From Cycas panzhihuaensis (taxonomy: Eukaryota > Plantae > Cycadophyta), in assembly GCA_023213395.1 (NCBI GenBank), contig CM041465.1, forward strand, positions 215,333,741-215,397,740: 64,000 bases of DNA. The letters are read 5' to 3'. Below, piece after piece: positions 50,763-64,000 of this stretch. Under the pieces are notes generated by a model. It worked only from the letters and a program-made list of their open reading frames with translations. It made no database searches and had not been told where the DNA came from. Position numbers and translations under genes: made by a program. Position 1 is the stretch's first letter; each line of letters begins with the position of its first letter.

Positions 50763-53503
50763 AATGGGTAATAGGAAGATGATTGTATTAATTAAGTAAT
50801 AGTCAAAATCAAGGAAGTAAAATAGTAAAAGTAGGAAAAAAGTTAAAGTACAAGTGGTTAATAATGGCAGTGACCATTCAATAAAAATCTTTGGTGTTAA
50901 ATAATGTGATAACAATGTTTTAGAGGTTAAAATTTTGGCAAGTTGGCAACACGGTTTCTCCTCTAAACTTCCTCAGGGGGTTCCAAGGGACACAGGAGCC
51001 CCCCTTCATTGGGGGGTGCAGGGGACATTGGAACGCCCCCCATAAAGAGGGGGTTCAGGGGCGATAGCCTCCAACCCAAAAATCTAGCATTGAAAAGCAT
51101 ACTAAATTCTAAAGAGAATCAGGATTATTCACTAAAAATATCCTAGATTCTATGGTCGAGATTTATGCCTTGTATGACTGTCTTATATATCCTGATTTAA
51201 GGTGTTTTTTCATTATGTTTATGGTGTTTGATGTATTAGATGTACTATGAAGAGTTAGGTTGCTGGTTATTGTTCCTATAAGTACTCTACTACAAATTAT
51301 GTATATTTCTTCCTTCATTGATAATAAAGATCGATACCTTTCCTCTGTGGATGTTTCCCTAGCATACAACTAGGGTTTTACCATATTATATTAGGTGTAT
51401 ATATGATGCTTAACTTTATTATTCATTTTATTATATTATCTCTAGTTTAAGAACTTGCATGTTAAATTTCAATTTTGATTCTTGTAACTAGTTGCAAAAT
51501 AGTTTAGATCTTGGTGGCGGTTTTAGGTTATTGGGACCTTATCTTCTCAACATTTGGCACATAAACCAAGATGATTTAAGAAGTAATTATGATGATAGGT
51601 GGCTTCCATATATAGGAAGAGATTAAAGGTGACACAATTAGGTTACAACTTAGTTATTACAACCATAATTTGAAATGATAGGGTTTTTGCATGGTTAATA
51701 GATTACAAGGCAGCAAGACTTAAAGGTAGAAAATAACTAAGAAACTCCAAAGATTATTGTAATAGACCATAATGAAAAACATTATGGATATTCATATTAA
51801 CTTATAAGAAATAGTTAATGAAGGAATTAAGAATGAATGGAGTAATATAACTAAAGAGGATGCGATAAAGGTAAAGTTGACAAAAGTAGGATTTAAACAA
51901 TTTGTATAAATGAGATTATTTTTAGCAACTACAAAATTCATGTCTATAATGGTTCAAATGGTGGCCTATCAACTTGATATTTTGGACATCTCAACAAAGG
52001 CCAATGCACAAGTCTCAAGGTTATCCAATTTAGCTGAGGAGATACCCAGGGAAAAAAGAATCCCAAGGGAACAAGAGACAAAATAATCAGGTGCACAAAT
52101 ATTAGATGTTTCTACATCTGGTATTCATATCACTAGCATTACAGATGATATGAGGTGTTGGGTGGCTCATTTCCTTTTTACTTGAGTGATTTTAAGCTAG
52201 AAAATCTATATTTACCCATAGAAATGAGATCTATGCTTCTGTATGTAGCAAAGAGAGAAAAGTTTAGTTAGGCTTCATTCCTTTCAAGAAAGTTCATAGA
52301 AAAGATGCACACCATCAAAGTTAATCCACAATCTATAATTTTTTACCATCAAAGTTTATTTCAAGGATTGTTGTACTCATAATATCCTAAACTAGAAGTA
52401 CCTATATCACAATAAAGATAATTTATTATGATAGGATGGATTAATTATTTCAGGAAGTAGGGAAGAATCTAGCACAGTGAAATTTAGGACAAAGTGAAGG
52501 ATCATTTCTTAAGGCAAAGTTAAGTAGGTAACCTTCAAAGGGAAAAAAAAAGGGCAAATGATAGTATGAAGAGGTGACCTTACTAGTTGATAAAGATACA
52601 CAAGAAAAGAAGAAGGAGAATGTTAAACAGATGGACAAAGAGAAAAGAAACAAAAAAGAGGAGATTATAAGAGGAAAGAAAAAGGTAGATGACGTGTCGA
52701 TTAATCAGTAAGTTGAGGAGGAAGAACATCAGTCAGCCTCACAACCTGAGAAACCTATAAATACTAAATAAGAGAGAAGAAATAAAATAAGAGTTACCAC
52801 AAAAAAAAGCCAAGTAGGAAATAATTAAAAATTTGAATAGTTAGTTGACTAAGGTGGATTTTGATTTTAGCAATGAGGAATTGGTAGAGGAAGGGATCAA
52901 TCCAATGGAATATTAGCCATATAATATGGCACATTGGAAGGTTTTATTCCTAACTAAAGTCGTTCATTAGCTAGTTAGTGAACTTGAAGCCCAAAGCAAA
53001 AGGCCACCTCTAGATCTATAATAGATTCAAAAGGCAGAGGATCAGTTGGTCACTTGTGAAGCAAAGCTAAAATTTTTGACCAAATATATTCTGCATTGGG
53101 TTGGGGATACATCCAGAGTAGATCATTTAGTATAGTCTTTGATGCTATTTTTATTGAGCAAATCCCACATAGATTGGGAAAGGTAATATGTAAGCTCAGA
53201 TCCTAGATTATGCATACATGGGAAGATGTTGAGTACGCCAATCATCTTTTATCGATGATTTCTTTATTAAGAAGAGATTTTTTGTCTGTGAAAATAAGGA
53301 AGAGTGAACTTGAGGAGGAAATTAAATAGCTACACTTATGAGAAAGGCTAATAATAGCCCACTTGCAAGCATTATGTAATGTTATAATCCTTTATGACCA
53401 TTGTAGGAAGCAGGGCATAAATCTACCTTATACTGTTTATTGACCAAGTCAGTAGTGGATTCACACCAAGATGGCAAAAATTAGGAAGGAACAAGAGGGT
53501 TAA
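50763..53503 (+). pseudogene. Degenerate long extra ORF of unknown function in the 3' half of the Glu-PBS element, split by a solo LTR
   Basis: Coding-like relic, e.g. IEMRSMLLYVAKREKFS*ASFLSRKFIEKMHTIKVNPQSIIFYHQSLFQGLLY (52218-52377), followed by a K/E-rich segment. Confidence 0.4.
50895..51552 (+). mobile_element. Solo LTR (658 bp)
   Basis: TGTT...AACA termini with perfect TSD TTTGG (50890-50894 and 51553-51557). A G-rich U3-like block lies at 50962-51075. Confidence 0.88.
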
Positions 53504-56500
53504 TTCCTTTTTTGTAATATTTTAATGTTAAAATTTTTATTGCTTACTAGTGGAAACACTCATAAGTTTTGTGGCAAGAGAGATATGTGCAGGTCAAATT
53601 AATTACAACTAGATTAATGTAATTCATCTGATAAAGGAATGATTGTAACCAATTTTAGTTTATAGTTATAAAAGATAAAGGATAAATGTAAAAGGGCATT
53701 TGGGGGGTGTGTCTATGAACATAGCTACTTTGTATAGAATATAACATGCTTGTATATCTTGTACTTACTGTATATTATTCTAGAGACTATGTGTACTACT
53801 TTGGGTTGCCTCTAGTTATAAGAGGACTACAAGCAACCTGTCATAATGAATGATTATGGTTTTTGCCTCATGGAATCATTGTATTCAAAATGCTTGAGTG
53901 AATGACATTTAGATATTATTGTCTCTTGTGCCTACTTATGAATGTCAATAGGTAGAAGCATACATATGTAAGGGGGATGAGAGTAATATTTAGCTTTGGA
54001 TGAATGTGAAGGATAGATAAGATAAGGGATTTATCCTAATTGGTGGGGCACATAAAATGGAGTCATACGAGGCATGCCCCCAGCCTTATAGGGAGGGGTC
54101 ATACTAGGATAAGAATGAGATGGGTATGGGGGTGGTTAGGAGTAACCTAAACCCCCCATATAATGAAGTGTGATATGAGGGATTGACTTGAGCCATTACC
54201 CCTTAAGGAATGATGGTTGAGGAGGGTGGCACAAAAGGCACCATAAGTGCCCCTTGATAAGCATGGGAAGGTGGAATCAAGTGAGATGTGTAGGAAGATG
54301 AGTGAGGTAAGTGTTTTTACCTAAAAAATCCCTTAATAGGAGGAGAAATCCTATAAGCATAGAGAGGATATATCCCATAAGTTGGGAAGAGGCAAGAGCC
54401 ACTATGTCCCTATTGTTGGGTGGTATATCCTAGTGAGATATATAATAAAGGGTTTGCTTGGTGTAGATAGGGGCTAAATGGAAGACCAACCATTAGCTCC
54501 CACATGGCAAGAACAAAGAGGGATAGAATGGTTAACAAGAAGAATTGAGACCATGCTCAATTATGGGATGGAAGTCTGTAATGGTAGGGTAAGGGAAGTA
54601 GGTTGGGAAGCTTAGGGAATAAATTGAGAAGGGACCTAAGATGGTTTAGGCCCTACCCTAAGTGAGGTGTTAGTAGAAGATGAGGTTGTGGTCATATTTA
54701 GAGCAAGTGGGGCTATGGATTGGATTGAAGAAGGAACTGGAATTAAGGTGGATGATGTCAAGGTATAAAATAATAGGCAACATGCCCAAGTGGGAGTAGC
54801 TTCCCTTATGGCTACCTTAAAGCAGGTCCTTAGGGCCTCTATCACATCCCATAAAGGGATGTGGCTATTATTAGATAGGAGAATGTGTCTACGTTGTTGA
54901 TTAATCTCAAAGGGGAAGGGAGGAATGGATGGTTGGGGAACCTAAACATGTTCCTAAGGCAAGATGCCCCAATTATGTGAGTATGGTATTTGATTAAGTT
55001 CTAGTAGAACCCATCAACCTTATAAGGTTATTATATGGTATCTACACCTCCTTAGGGAAGTTACTTATATGGGAATAGGCCCTTAGATTGAGGCCAATCT
55101 TGGCTGTAGGGATCAAAGGCTCGATTAGAAGGGAAATGACCTGCTATTAGTGACCCTTAGTCACTTTCAAGAACGGGTATGTATTGAGGCTCTAAGTCTA
55201 TAAGTGAAAAGCCATATAAGCAATGAGAGAATCATTACATCTAAGGCATGACCATCTTCATATGATTGGGGGAGACATATGCAAGGGATCCTTATATGAA
55301 TGGAATAAAATTCCTTATCTAAGAAATCCAAAGTAAATGGAAGGGAAAGGGAAGGACTTAGGTATACCAAGTGGTTTCTAACTAGCAAGTCCCTAGTATG
55401 GTTACTAGTGAATGTGCAAGAGTAAGGGAAATCATATAACAAGCCTAAGAACCAAAGACTTAAGGTGTGGGGGGAATATCCATGAAGGATGTAGTGTAAA
55501 CTAGAGCCTTACTTGGGGTGCCCATACACCACTTGGGAGCAAGTGTGGGGCTCGATTATGTGGTTAGAGGGTGACCTAACTTGGGCAACATATGTAAGTG
55601 TGTGTATGTGTGATATAGGTCTATGGATGGTAGTAGCCTATTACAAGCTATAAGGAACACACACCTAAATACAACTATATATACTTTTGTTTTACTACAA
55701 ACAAGAAAATTACCTAAGATAGTGGTACAATATAGCCCTACAAGTTTGAGAACTCACAACTATATGATCCCCTTCTTCACTTGGGATTTCAAAGGAAACA
55801 CTCAAAACCTATTATGACATGTAATAATGCAATGTAGCATACATGAAAAAGGAACTAAATCTACTTTTCTTTTTAGGGATTTTAAGTCTTTCCTTTTTTT
55901 ATCTTTTTATATTTTGGGAGAAGGCAAACAAGATAACTAAAAAAGGAAATAAATTTCTTTTTTCTCTTGTTTTTGCAGGAAGGCAAGGAAGGGAGGAAGA
56001 GACCCTAATGAAAGAAAAATAACTCTTTTCTTTTTTTTTTTTTGCTTTCTTTTTTTGAGAGAGAGAGGATGGGGAAATTAAGGCAAAAACAAACCTAATA
56101 TAATTCCTTTCACTTCTTTCCTTTGTTGACTAAATTATCTTTTCCTTTTACTTTAAAAGAAGGCAACTAAGAGAGAAGAGAGAAGAGCATACTTAGGTCT
56201 GATATAACGTGCAACTTTAACTTTTGTCCTCTCTTTGTGTACTAAAGGTAGACTTGGAATATAACTCAAATAAAAAATATTTACATATATAAGATTTCTA
56301 AGTAAAATTTGACAACAGTTTTACTTGTTGTATTAACTTATAACAAAAAAAAGTTTATGATAAAATCTCAAAACTATAAAAACAATACAACTAGGCAAGA
56401 CAAAGTTACCTCTTAGTCATGAGCATGTGTTCTCAGCTTAATGAAAAAATATGGTGAATGATTTCAAGTTTGAGTTAATGATGAAGTTGCTTCTTCATCC

Positions 56501-57610
56501 TTTGACTCCTACAACAAATATTAGTACTACAAGGATAATAACTATCAAACAAACAACTCCATACTATTACAATGTTTCATTTGGAAATGGCAACAAATAA
56601 GCAATCAAAGTATGCAAGCAAACCTGATGAGTCAGAGAAGGAATGATCCTAAAAAATGACTCTATGTTCCCAAATGTCCTTATCGCCCCAAGCTATACTT
56701 GGATGCTATCCTTCCCCTATAAGTCCTCTTAATCCTATAGGCTAAAAGGCAATAAATAGAAAAATAAAATATGCAAGAAGTAAGATAAGATTAAGCTATA
56801 TTCAACCTATCAAGTGAGAAAGTAAAAAAAACATGAAAAACAAAAGAAATATTCTCACCAACACAGTTGTAGGAGGATTACCTCATCCCAACAAGGTAAA
56901 AGATGCCAATGGTCGAGATTGATCCACTTAAGGGTGCTCTAGATATGTTGAAAGGTGAATCTCCAAGCAAGCAAGCAATAGAAAGTAATGTAGATCATCC
57001 TATTCCTCTTAGAAATTTAATAGCATGATGGTAATACCTTCATATAACAACTTGGCCTCCTCCATTTAATGGAAAGATGGGAAGATTCATAGATGACAGT
57101 AAGCTTGGGAAAGGTGGTTTTTAGCCCAGAATATAAGAGAAATTAAGGGAACAAATCTATGGGATATGCTCATGGATTTGGACCAAAACCATATGAGAAA
57201 GTGGGATTTTAGTGTGACATGGCCTCTTGGAGTACCAAAAATTGATGTGTGAGGATTTAAACCCAATGTACATCACCTTAGGACTAATAACAAGCCATTA
57301 ATAATCTAAATGTCATCATTAGGACCAAATCTAGGCAAGTGATAGTCATATCACAAAGTGTTTCATAGCACCATAAAACCATTTGTGATACCATGAAATA
57401 CTTCATGGGACCACTATTGCAAGGAGAACACAATGTAGTCTAATAGAAACTAGGGTAGTGTGGTAAAAAATATATGAAATCAAGTTAAAAACGCATCAAT
57501 TATGAAGTTTAGGTGGAAATAAAGTCAACATGAAGTGGTCAATAATGAAGTAAAGTATGTAAATAGATTGAAAAAAGACTAAAAGGAGCTTTCAAGGATA
57601 GTAAAGCATA

Positions 57611-59615
57611 TGTTCCAACCCGAGGAGCCTAATGGATGGGCTTCTAATTAATGATTAAATTCATCCTTATTATCAACTAAAAATGTATACATGGCTCACT
57701 AAGAAACATAAACAAGTAAGTAAACATATATGTTCACCATCTATGATCATGATATAAAAAACTAATGAAATATAAAGAGATGAAAATATACCTTCACTTA
57801 CCTATTTATTGTAGTGTCCATTGTCATTCCTAGCTAGTAGGAAAATAGTTTCACTAGGTATAGATGGTTATGTAAGGGGTCCTCCCATGAGAAGTTGAGT
57901 CCTCAAAGCTTAGAAGATATGGGTATTACTTGACAAAATCATTGAATTCCTATATTACTTCCTCTAGATTACAATTAACCCACTACACCAAATACTCAGA
58001 GATGGTTAGGTTCTAAAGGCAATGTTGTTGGTTAGTAATGATATGATTAGAGGGAATAATGAGTAGTTGTTTATTATTAAGGACATGAAGGAATGATTGA
58101 GAAATAATATTCTTGCTAAGGTATTTCTTTAAGAAGGAAACATAGAATACATTATGGATTCTTATTTCTAGGGGGAGTTTAAGTGCATAAGCAACTTGAC
58201 CAATTTTTTGTAGCACTTTATATGGGCCATAATAACATAGGATTAGCTTGTGGATTTTGTGGGGATTGAGGTATTATTATTTATATATCTAAAGATAGAG
58301 GAATGCTACATCATTGATTAAGAAGGAATGATTAAAGTGATGGTGGTTGATGAGCTACTTCATATGATTCTACATGCTTATCATGTTTTGCTTAACCATG
58401 TATAAGATTTTATCTAGTATTTTATTTAGCACTTCTAATTCTATGAGCGTACTAGGTTTTTCTTAACCATGTATATGATTTGATTCAATGTTTTATTTAA
58501 TTCTTTTTATTTGCCATCTATTTGAGGGTGGTAGATCATACTTGTGTTAAATAAAGTTCCTTATGCCTTAAATAATTCTTATCAAAAAGATCTAGAGAAC
58601 TTAGGATTTTTATCACATATAATGTAAGAGGAAAACCTGTGTAAATAAAAGATAGATTAGATACAGAGATTAGTGAGGTGAGATTCATTTTAGGAAGTGT
58701 GTGTAGGAATGAAATAGCCATACTTAGTAAGTTTGTTAATGATGATTAAGATTAAGTCAAATCTAATAGAGATTGGTAGACTTATGATAAAATCCATGGC
58801 TATGTTTTTCCATTTATCTTGGGGAATATACAAGGGCTAGAGGAGACCTAGTAAAGCTCTAGTGTACATCTTATTTCTTTAACAAGTGACATATTTAGAC
58901 ATAAATATAAGGATGGTTTACTTCATAAGAGGCTAAAAGAAATTTTCACAAATACAATAATATATCTTATCAAATATGGAGTGGCCCCATTGGGGATAGA
59001 ATGGTATTTAGATAAGATACAAAAAATGAAAGAGGAGACAAGATGGATAAAAATATGATTTTTAAATAAGAGATAATTATTATAGATTACTAACCCTTTT
59101 GTATATGGGATTTTATGAGCCAATCTAGGTAGTTTCATTGAGAGACACATTTTGTAAATAAGTCTTCTAACCATACAGGGTAGAGTTTGGAGATGGAATA
59201 GATGGTAAGATTAGGAGTGTTTAAATCAGAAGGTAGGTATGATAGATCATTGATAATAAATATTGTATTTTCCCTTCTTATAAGATATGGTGAAGTCAAA
59301 TACCTATAAGAAATCAATCCACCTAGCCTATTCATTTGATAGTAAAGGTTGGTATAAAAGGCAACAAAGATTGTGGTGATTTATAAGGATTATCAACTTG
59401 GAGTCTAGGAGATATTATCACCACTTATCTATTGTATGTAACATTGTTTTCATTTCTTTTTAATAGGTTGATAATTAACATTCACAATATTTAAGTTTTA
59501 AACTTTTAAAGGCAATAGGATGTAAATTTTTCATAATAACTACTCCTAAGAAAAATCTTGAGGCATCACACTTAAGTTAAAAGGGTTTAGAAAAGTCTAG
59601 AGTGGTGGAGATGGG
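57611..59615 (-). mobile_element. Chromovirus (Reina/Tekay-like) 3' fragment: RH, INT, chromodomain and partial LTR
   Basis: YGPYKVLQKIGQVAYALKLPLEIRIHNVFYVSFLKK (ORF 58013-58216) and the chromodomain ISEYLV*WVN...YPYL. LTR-like sequence at 57611-~57870. Cut at 59616 by a Copia LTR. Confidence 0.8.
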
Positions 59616-62600
59616 TGTTGATGTGAAGAAAAAATATAACTGAGAAGTAATGTGATAATAAAACTCTAAACCATGCAAAGAACACATAACATAAATAAAT
59701 CAAGCACTCAACAAAGAACACTAGGAGATTCAAGTATAAACATAGACCTTTTATTAATCTGAGCAACAACTAAAGAATTATAGAGATGAATGAACCCCAA
59801 CTCTTTTCCTTAACTCATCCACGATCACACCATCATATGTTACATGTGTCGTTACATAAGAATATATAGATACAACATTATAAGATATTGACTTGTGGTT
59901 TTATAATACAATGGGCATAAACCATTAGGCTGACAAAGACCCCTATAAGAGACCCAAAAAAATTTCTTGGGGGATCCCGACCCTAAACCCCTACATGGGG
60001 GCCGCTGGCCCCCTAAACCCCCTAACCGGGGGCCCTACAATAAGCCCCTGGACCCCACAAAGGGGCTCAGGTTTAACACCTATACCCATGTAACACTTAC
60101 AAAGTGTTCAAGATATCTAACAATCTCCCACTTATTGAACACATTATAAGAAAACCTACATACACAACTACTGAATGCCAAAATTACAAACACCCATTGC
60201 AATTCTATACCATTTAAATTTTTCTGTGCTAATAATCTTAGTCAATGAGTCTATAGTATTCTCTTATTTAGCAATCTTCTATAAGTCCACCTTGTGATCT
60301 TGAACCATTTACCTCATAAAATAGAACTACACATCAATATGCTTTGACTGAGCATGAAAAATGGGATTCTTTGCTAGGTAGATTACACATTGACTATCAC
60401 AATCTATCCTCACAACATCCTACTTAAATCTAATATCTGTGCATAATCTCTGTAACCAAATCATTTCCTTACATGCATGAGTAGCTACCATATACTCTGC
60501 TTATGTGCTAGAAAGTACCATAACTTGCTATATTTTACTCGTCCATCTGATTGCACCACCATAAAGGGTAAAAACATAACCGCTTGTAGATCTTCTGCTA
60601 TTAAGATCTCCAACCCAATCAATATCAATGAAACCTCTTAGGTTCACTATTCTACTCTCCATAGGATCTCCATAATAGTAAATTCCATAGTCTGATATAC
60701 CTCGTAGATACCTGAAAATCCTTTTCACAGCCACCCAATGCTCCCTACCTAGGTTTGATATATACCTACTAACTACTCCCACTACATGGGCAATGTCTAG
60801 TTGAGTGAAAACTATCGCATACATCAGGCTACCAAAAACACTAGCATAAGGGACAAATACCATGTCTTCAACTTCTTGGTGAGTTTTTAGATATTATTTA
60901 GTTGATAATTTTAAATGAACAGGAAGAGGAACATTAATTGGTTTACTATCTTGCAACCTTAACCATTGTAATATTATCTCAATGTACCATCTTTGGCTAA
61001 GCCAAATTTTCCTATTTCTCCTATCCCTTTTAATCTCAATGCCCAAAATAAAATGTGCAGCACCAAGGTCCTTCATCTTAAAGTGAGATGCTAGTTGGTC
61101 TTTTACAAGTTGGTTCATTCCTTTATAATTACCAACTAAAAGTATATCATCAATATATAAAGCTAGAATAATAAAATGGTCAGCAACCTACTTATAATAA
61201 ACATAATGATCTGCTTTGCTATGCATAAATCCATCCACTAACATGTGTGAATCAAACTTTTGATACCATATCCTTGGTGACTATTTCAAGTCGTATAATG
61301 ACTTCTTCAACCTATATACCATATTCTCCTTTCCTATTCCTTTCCTGCAACTTCAAACCCTTTAAGCTGCAATACATAAATCTCTTCCTCAAGGTCACTA
61401 TAAAGAAATATAGTCTTCGCATCTATTTGATCCACCTCACGGTCATAGGTAGCTACTATAGCCAACAAAAATCTAATTGAAGAAACTTTTGTAATAGGAG
61501 AAAATTCCTCACCAAAATCTATTCCCTTGACCTGGGAATAACCTTTTACTACCAAGCAATCCTTGTACTTTTCCATAGTACCATCTGCCTGGAACTTCTT
61601 GAAGATCCATTTATTATCAATAGGTTTTATGCCATCTACCACCAAATCCCATGTATTATTTTTATCCAAGGCTATCATTTCTTCTTGTATGGACTTCATC
61701 CAAAGTTGGCTCTCTTTTGACTCTAGAACCTCTTGAACAGTGCCTAGATTATAATCTATAGTAGATAAAATAAAAGAGGAGTGACAAAAGTCTTTAGAAA
61801 TATACCTGTTAGGCTATCTTCTCTCACGAGTTGATCTCCTCAAGATGTGGGGTTCTTGAGGTTGAGCTACCTCTATAGTTGGCTCTTCCTCTTTAGCTGA
61901 CTCATATTCTAATGTAAAATCTTCATCCCTTACTTCAAATTATACCTTCTTAGAGTATTCCTCCTTTGGTTCTTCATCCCGCTTTAGAGACGTAAACTCC
62001 TCTCTAAAGACAACATCACAGTTATACATAACCTTTTATGTTTTAAGGTTATAAAGTTTATATCCTTTAACACCATTACCATAGCCAATGAAAATAGTCT
62101 TTTGTGCTTTGAAATCAAGCTTAGTCCTTTGTTGTTTAGGAATATGCATAAGAGCTTCACAACCAAACACTCTAAGATGACTAAGAGATGGTTTCTTACT
62201 AAATCACACTTCTTTAGGTGTTTTATATACTAAGGCAATTGTCAATGATTTATTTATTAGGTAGCTTATAGTCATCACAGCCTCCACCCAGAATTTCTTC
62301 TCTAATCCAGCAGCACTGAGCATACTCCTAGATCTCTCCAGCAAATTCCTATTCATCCTTTCAATAACTTTATTCTATTATAGCATATAGGGAATTGTCT
62401 TTTGCCTTGCTATCCCACACTGCTTATAGAACTGCTCAAATTCCTTTGAGCAAAACTCACCTCTATTATCAGTCCTTAGTACTTTGATTTGCCTATCACT
62501 TTAATTCTTGACCAAGGCCTTGAATTCTTTGAATTTACTAAAGACTTCATATTTCTATTTAAGAAAGTATAGCCATTTCTTTCTCGAGAAGTCATCTATG

Positions 62601-64000
62601 AATGAGATAAAGTATTTAGACCCACCAATGAGGGTACACCAATAGGTCCAAAAACATCACTGTGCACCAATTATAAAATACCCTTTTCCCTCTTCGAACT
62701 TGAAGAAAATTTGACCTGATTATATTACCATACACACAATGCTCACAGAAATCAAAATCAAAGGAGCCATTAATTCTAGAGATGTCTTCTGCCATACCTT
62801 TGGAGAATAAATCATGGAGGCCTTTCTCTCTAATATGGCCCAATCTCTAATTCCACAACATAGTTTTACCAATAAGTGATATTTGAGTTATGCCTTCATT
62901 ATTCCTACTTTCTATAGTAGTTATATTGCAACTTTCATCACATAATGTACTTGCATCAAGCTTATATAGTGTTCTAAATCAGACCCCTCTTACTAACACT
63001 AATGCTCCTTGAACCATTCTATAATTATCTTTATTGAAGATCACTTCTATTCTTGCATCATCCAATTGACTGACAAATAATAGACTCATAGCCAAACTAG
63101 CAATATAACTCACATTAGGATATAGGAAAATAATGTAGGCCCAAATGGCTCTAATACTAAATGTAGGAAAATAAACGATGGAGAACAGGGCAGAATATAA
63201 ACATAATAATTATAGATCAACACATCATTATTGCATAAACACAAGATCCTTTGTATTCAATCCACTGTTGTAGATAGAGTATTATAAATATCCAAATGAA
63301 GGCAGTGTCTAAAGACACCAGGGTTGCACACCCCTCCAAATATATAGTTTGGGGTAGGACGTAACTCCTCAACCCCTAAAATTCAAACAATAATAAAATA
63401 TAACTTAACTTAAATTAACTTAAATAAAATTAACTTTACCTTATACTTACCTATACATATAAGTACCCACATATGTAAATTAATGAGAGTGAGGTGTGCA
63501 CTCCTAGTTAGAAAGTGGGAGTGGGGTGATGAGCATTAACCCCAACATAGGGATAGTTTTAACCCTTGTATCCCTAAATCAAACCTTCACCCTTCCATGA
63601 CCCACAATTTTATATGGGTAATAATCCTGAAGAAATACCTCACCTTTATCAATCCTTGTGTATTCATAAAACCAGTCCTGATGGAGAGTAACATGAAGCA
63701 AAACACCAAAGTCAATTAACCAAGACTCAATATTTGACACCTTGCCTGAGGTTGCTAAATAAACATCACCATTAGCTTCATCATAGGCTTTTGTTACCGT
63801 GGAATACGTAGCTTCAAGTGACTTTCCCTTGTCTACCTTGACTTAACACTTGCTCTTTATATGGCTAGCCTTCCCACATCTCCAGTAGACCAAAGGTCCT
63901 CTACCTAGGGATTTGGATTTTCCTCTAGATTTTGGCCATCTGTTCCTAGGTCTTTGTTGGTCACGATTTAATGTTTGACCTCTCACTGCTAATGCTTCTT
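59616..64000 (-). mobile_element. Degenerate Copia (Tork/Tnt1-like), running off the window end
   Basis: 3' LTR TGTTG...CTAACA at 59616-60122. PPT AAGTGGGAGAT at 60123-60133. RT YIDD (~61146-61157), MKDLGAAHFILGIEI and VPYASVFGSLMYA; INT RTDNRGEF; PR WLIDFG; zinc knuckle YWRCGKASHIKSKC (~63846-63887). Confidence 0.92.
63121..63547 (-). mobile_element. Internally deleted LTR element (one LTR, PBS and a 13-bp stub of the other LTR) inserted in the Copia protease
   Basis: TSD TAGGA/TAGGG. LTR TGTAGGAAAATAA...CCCAACA at 63162-63547. Decayed iMet PBS at 63148-63159. Stub TATAGGAAAATAA at 63121-63133. The host frame TIP|NVSYIASL is restored when the insert is removed. Confidence 0.8.

Larger units (their letters stand above)
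44933..53964 (+). mobile_element. Gypsy-like element with ~375-bp LTRs, a tRNA-Glu-type PBS, gag-PR and a long 3' extra ORF; RT/INT deleted
   Basis: Direct repeats at 44933-45305 and 53586-53964. Purine tract GGCAAGAGAGATA precedes 53586. PBS-like TAGTTCCATTGTCA at 45307. Gag PQFDGSMD-like motif; protease VVDRGLGVNV|LSKSSW...IRLANQ. The TSD is ambiguous (TACGT/TATGT). Confidence 0.75.
33700..57610 (-). mobile_element. Degenerate Tat-like element D (gag-PR kept, RT/INT lost), split by two nested insertions
   Basis: Pro-rich Gag at 53965-55450 continues at 37961-36900 and resembles element C gag. Protease RTIMDNSSSVN (ORF 36154-36336). Outer boundaries are uncertain. Confidence 0.6.

Noticed and set aside
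56624-56665. CTGATGA-GTCA...TGAC resembling a hammerhead core
   Set aside because: No GAAA after the putative stem II and no stems I or III. The CTGATGA hits at ~22281 and ~35862 (minus) lie in coding relics.

Overview
This AT-rich window is plant heterochromatin, probably from a gymnosperm. That assignment is an inference from the CG/CHG deamination pattern and the Tat architecture with the extra RNase H placed after integrase. I find no intact host gene, RNA gene or CRISPR array. The window is almost entirely nested LTR retrotransposons: (A) the 3' end of a + strand Tat-like Gypsy (1-4934); (B) a - strand Tat 3' fragment (5563-6533); (C) a large - strand Tat-like element with ~3.1 kb LTRs (6534-30566), into which a young Copia inserted (13412-20712, TSD GTACC); (D) another - strand Tat remnant (~33.7-57.6 kb) whose gag was hit, about 10 bp apart, by a full-length CRM-like chromovirus (37967-44920) and by a Gypsy-like element with a tRNA-Glu-type PBS (44933-53964). 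The Glu-PBS element itself holds a 323-bp TRIM, a truncated Copia and a solo LTR. The window ends with a chromovirus fragment and a third Copia. Two signals stand out. First, a short stem-loop with a conserved 16-18 nt loop (AATGAG-N2-TAAACTAT) and covarying stems recurs 8-9 times, always on the sense strand of the 3' region of 3-4 different Tat elements. Second, element C carries a head-to-head accessory cassette: an antisense Plant Mobile Domain ORF and a stand-alone archaeal-type RNase H ORF, separated by a spacer rich in site II (GGCCCA) motifs. All translations, alignments and folds were done by eye. Boundaries without a TSD are approximate.
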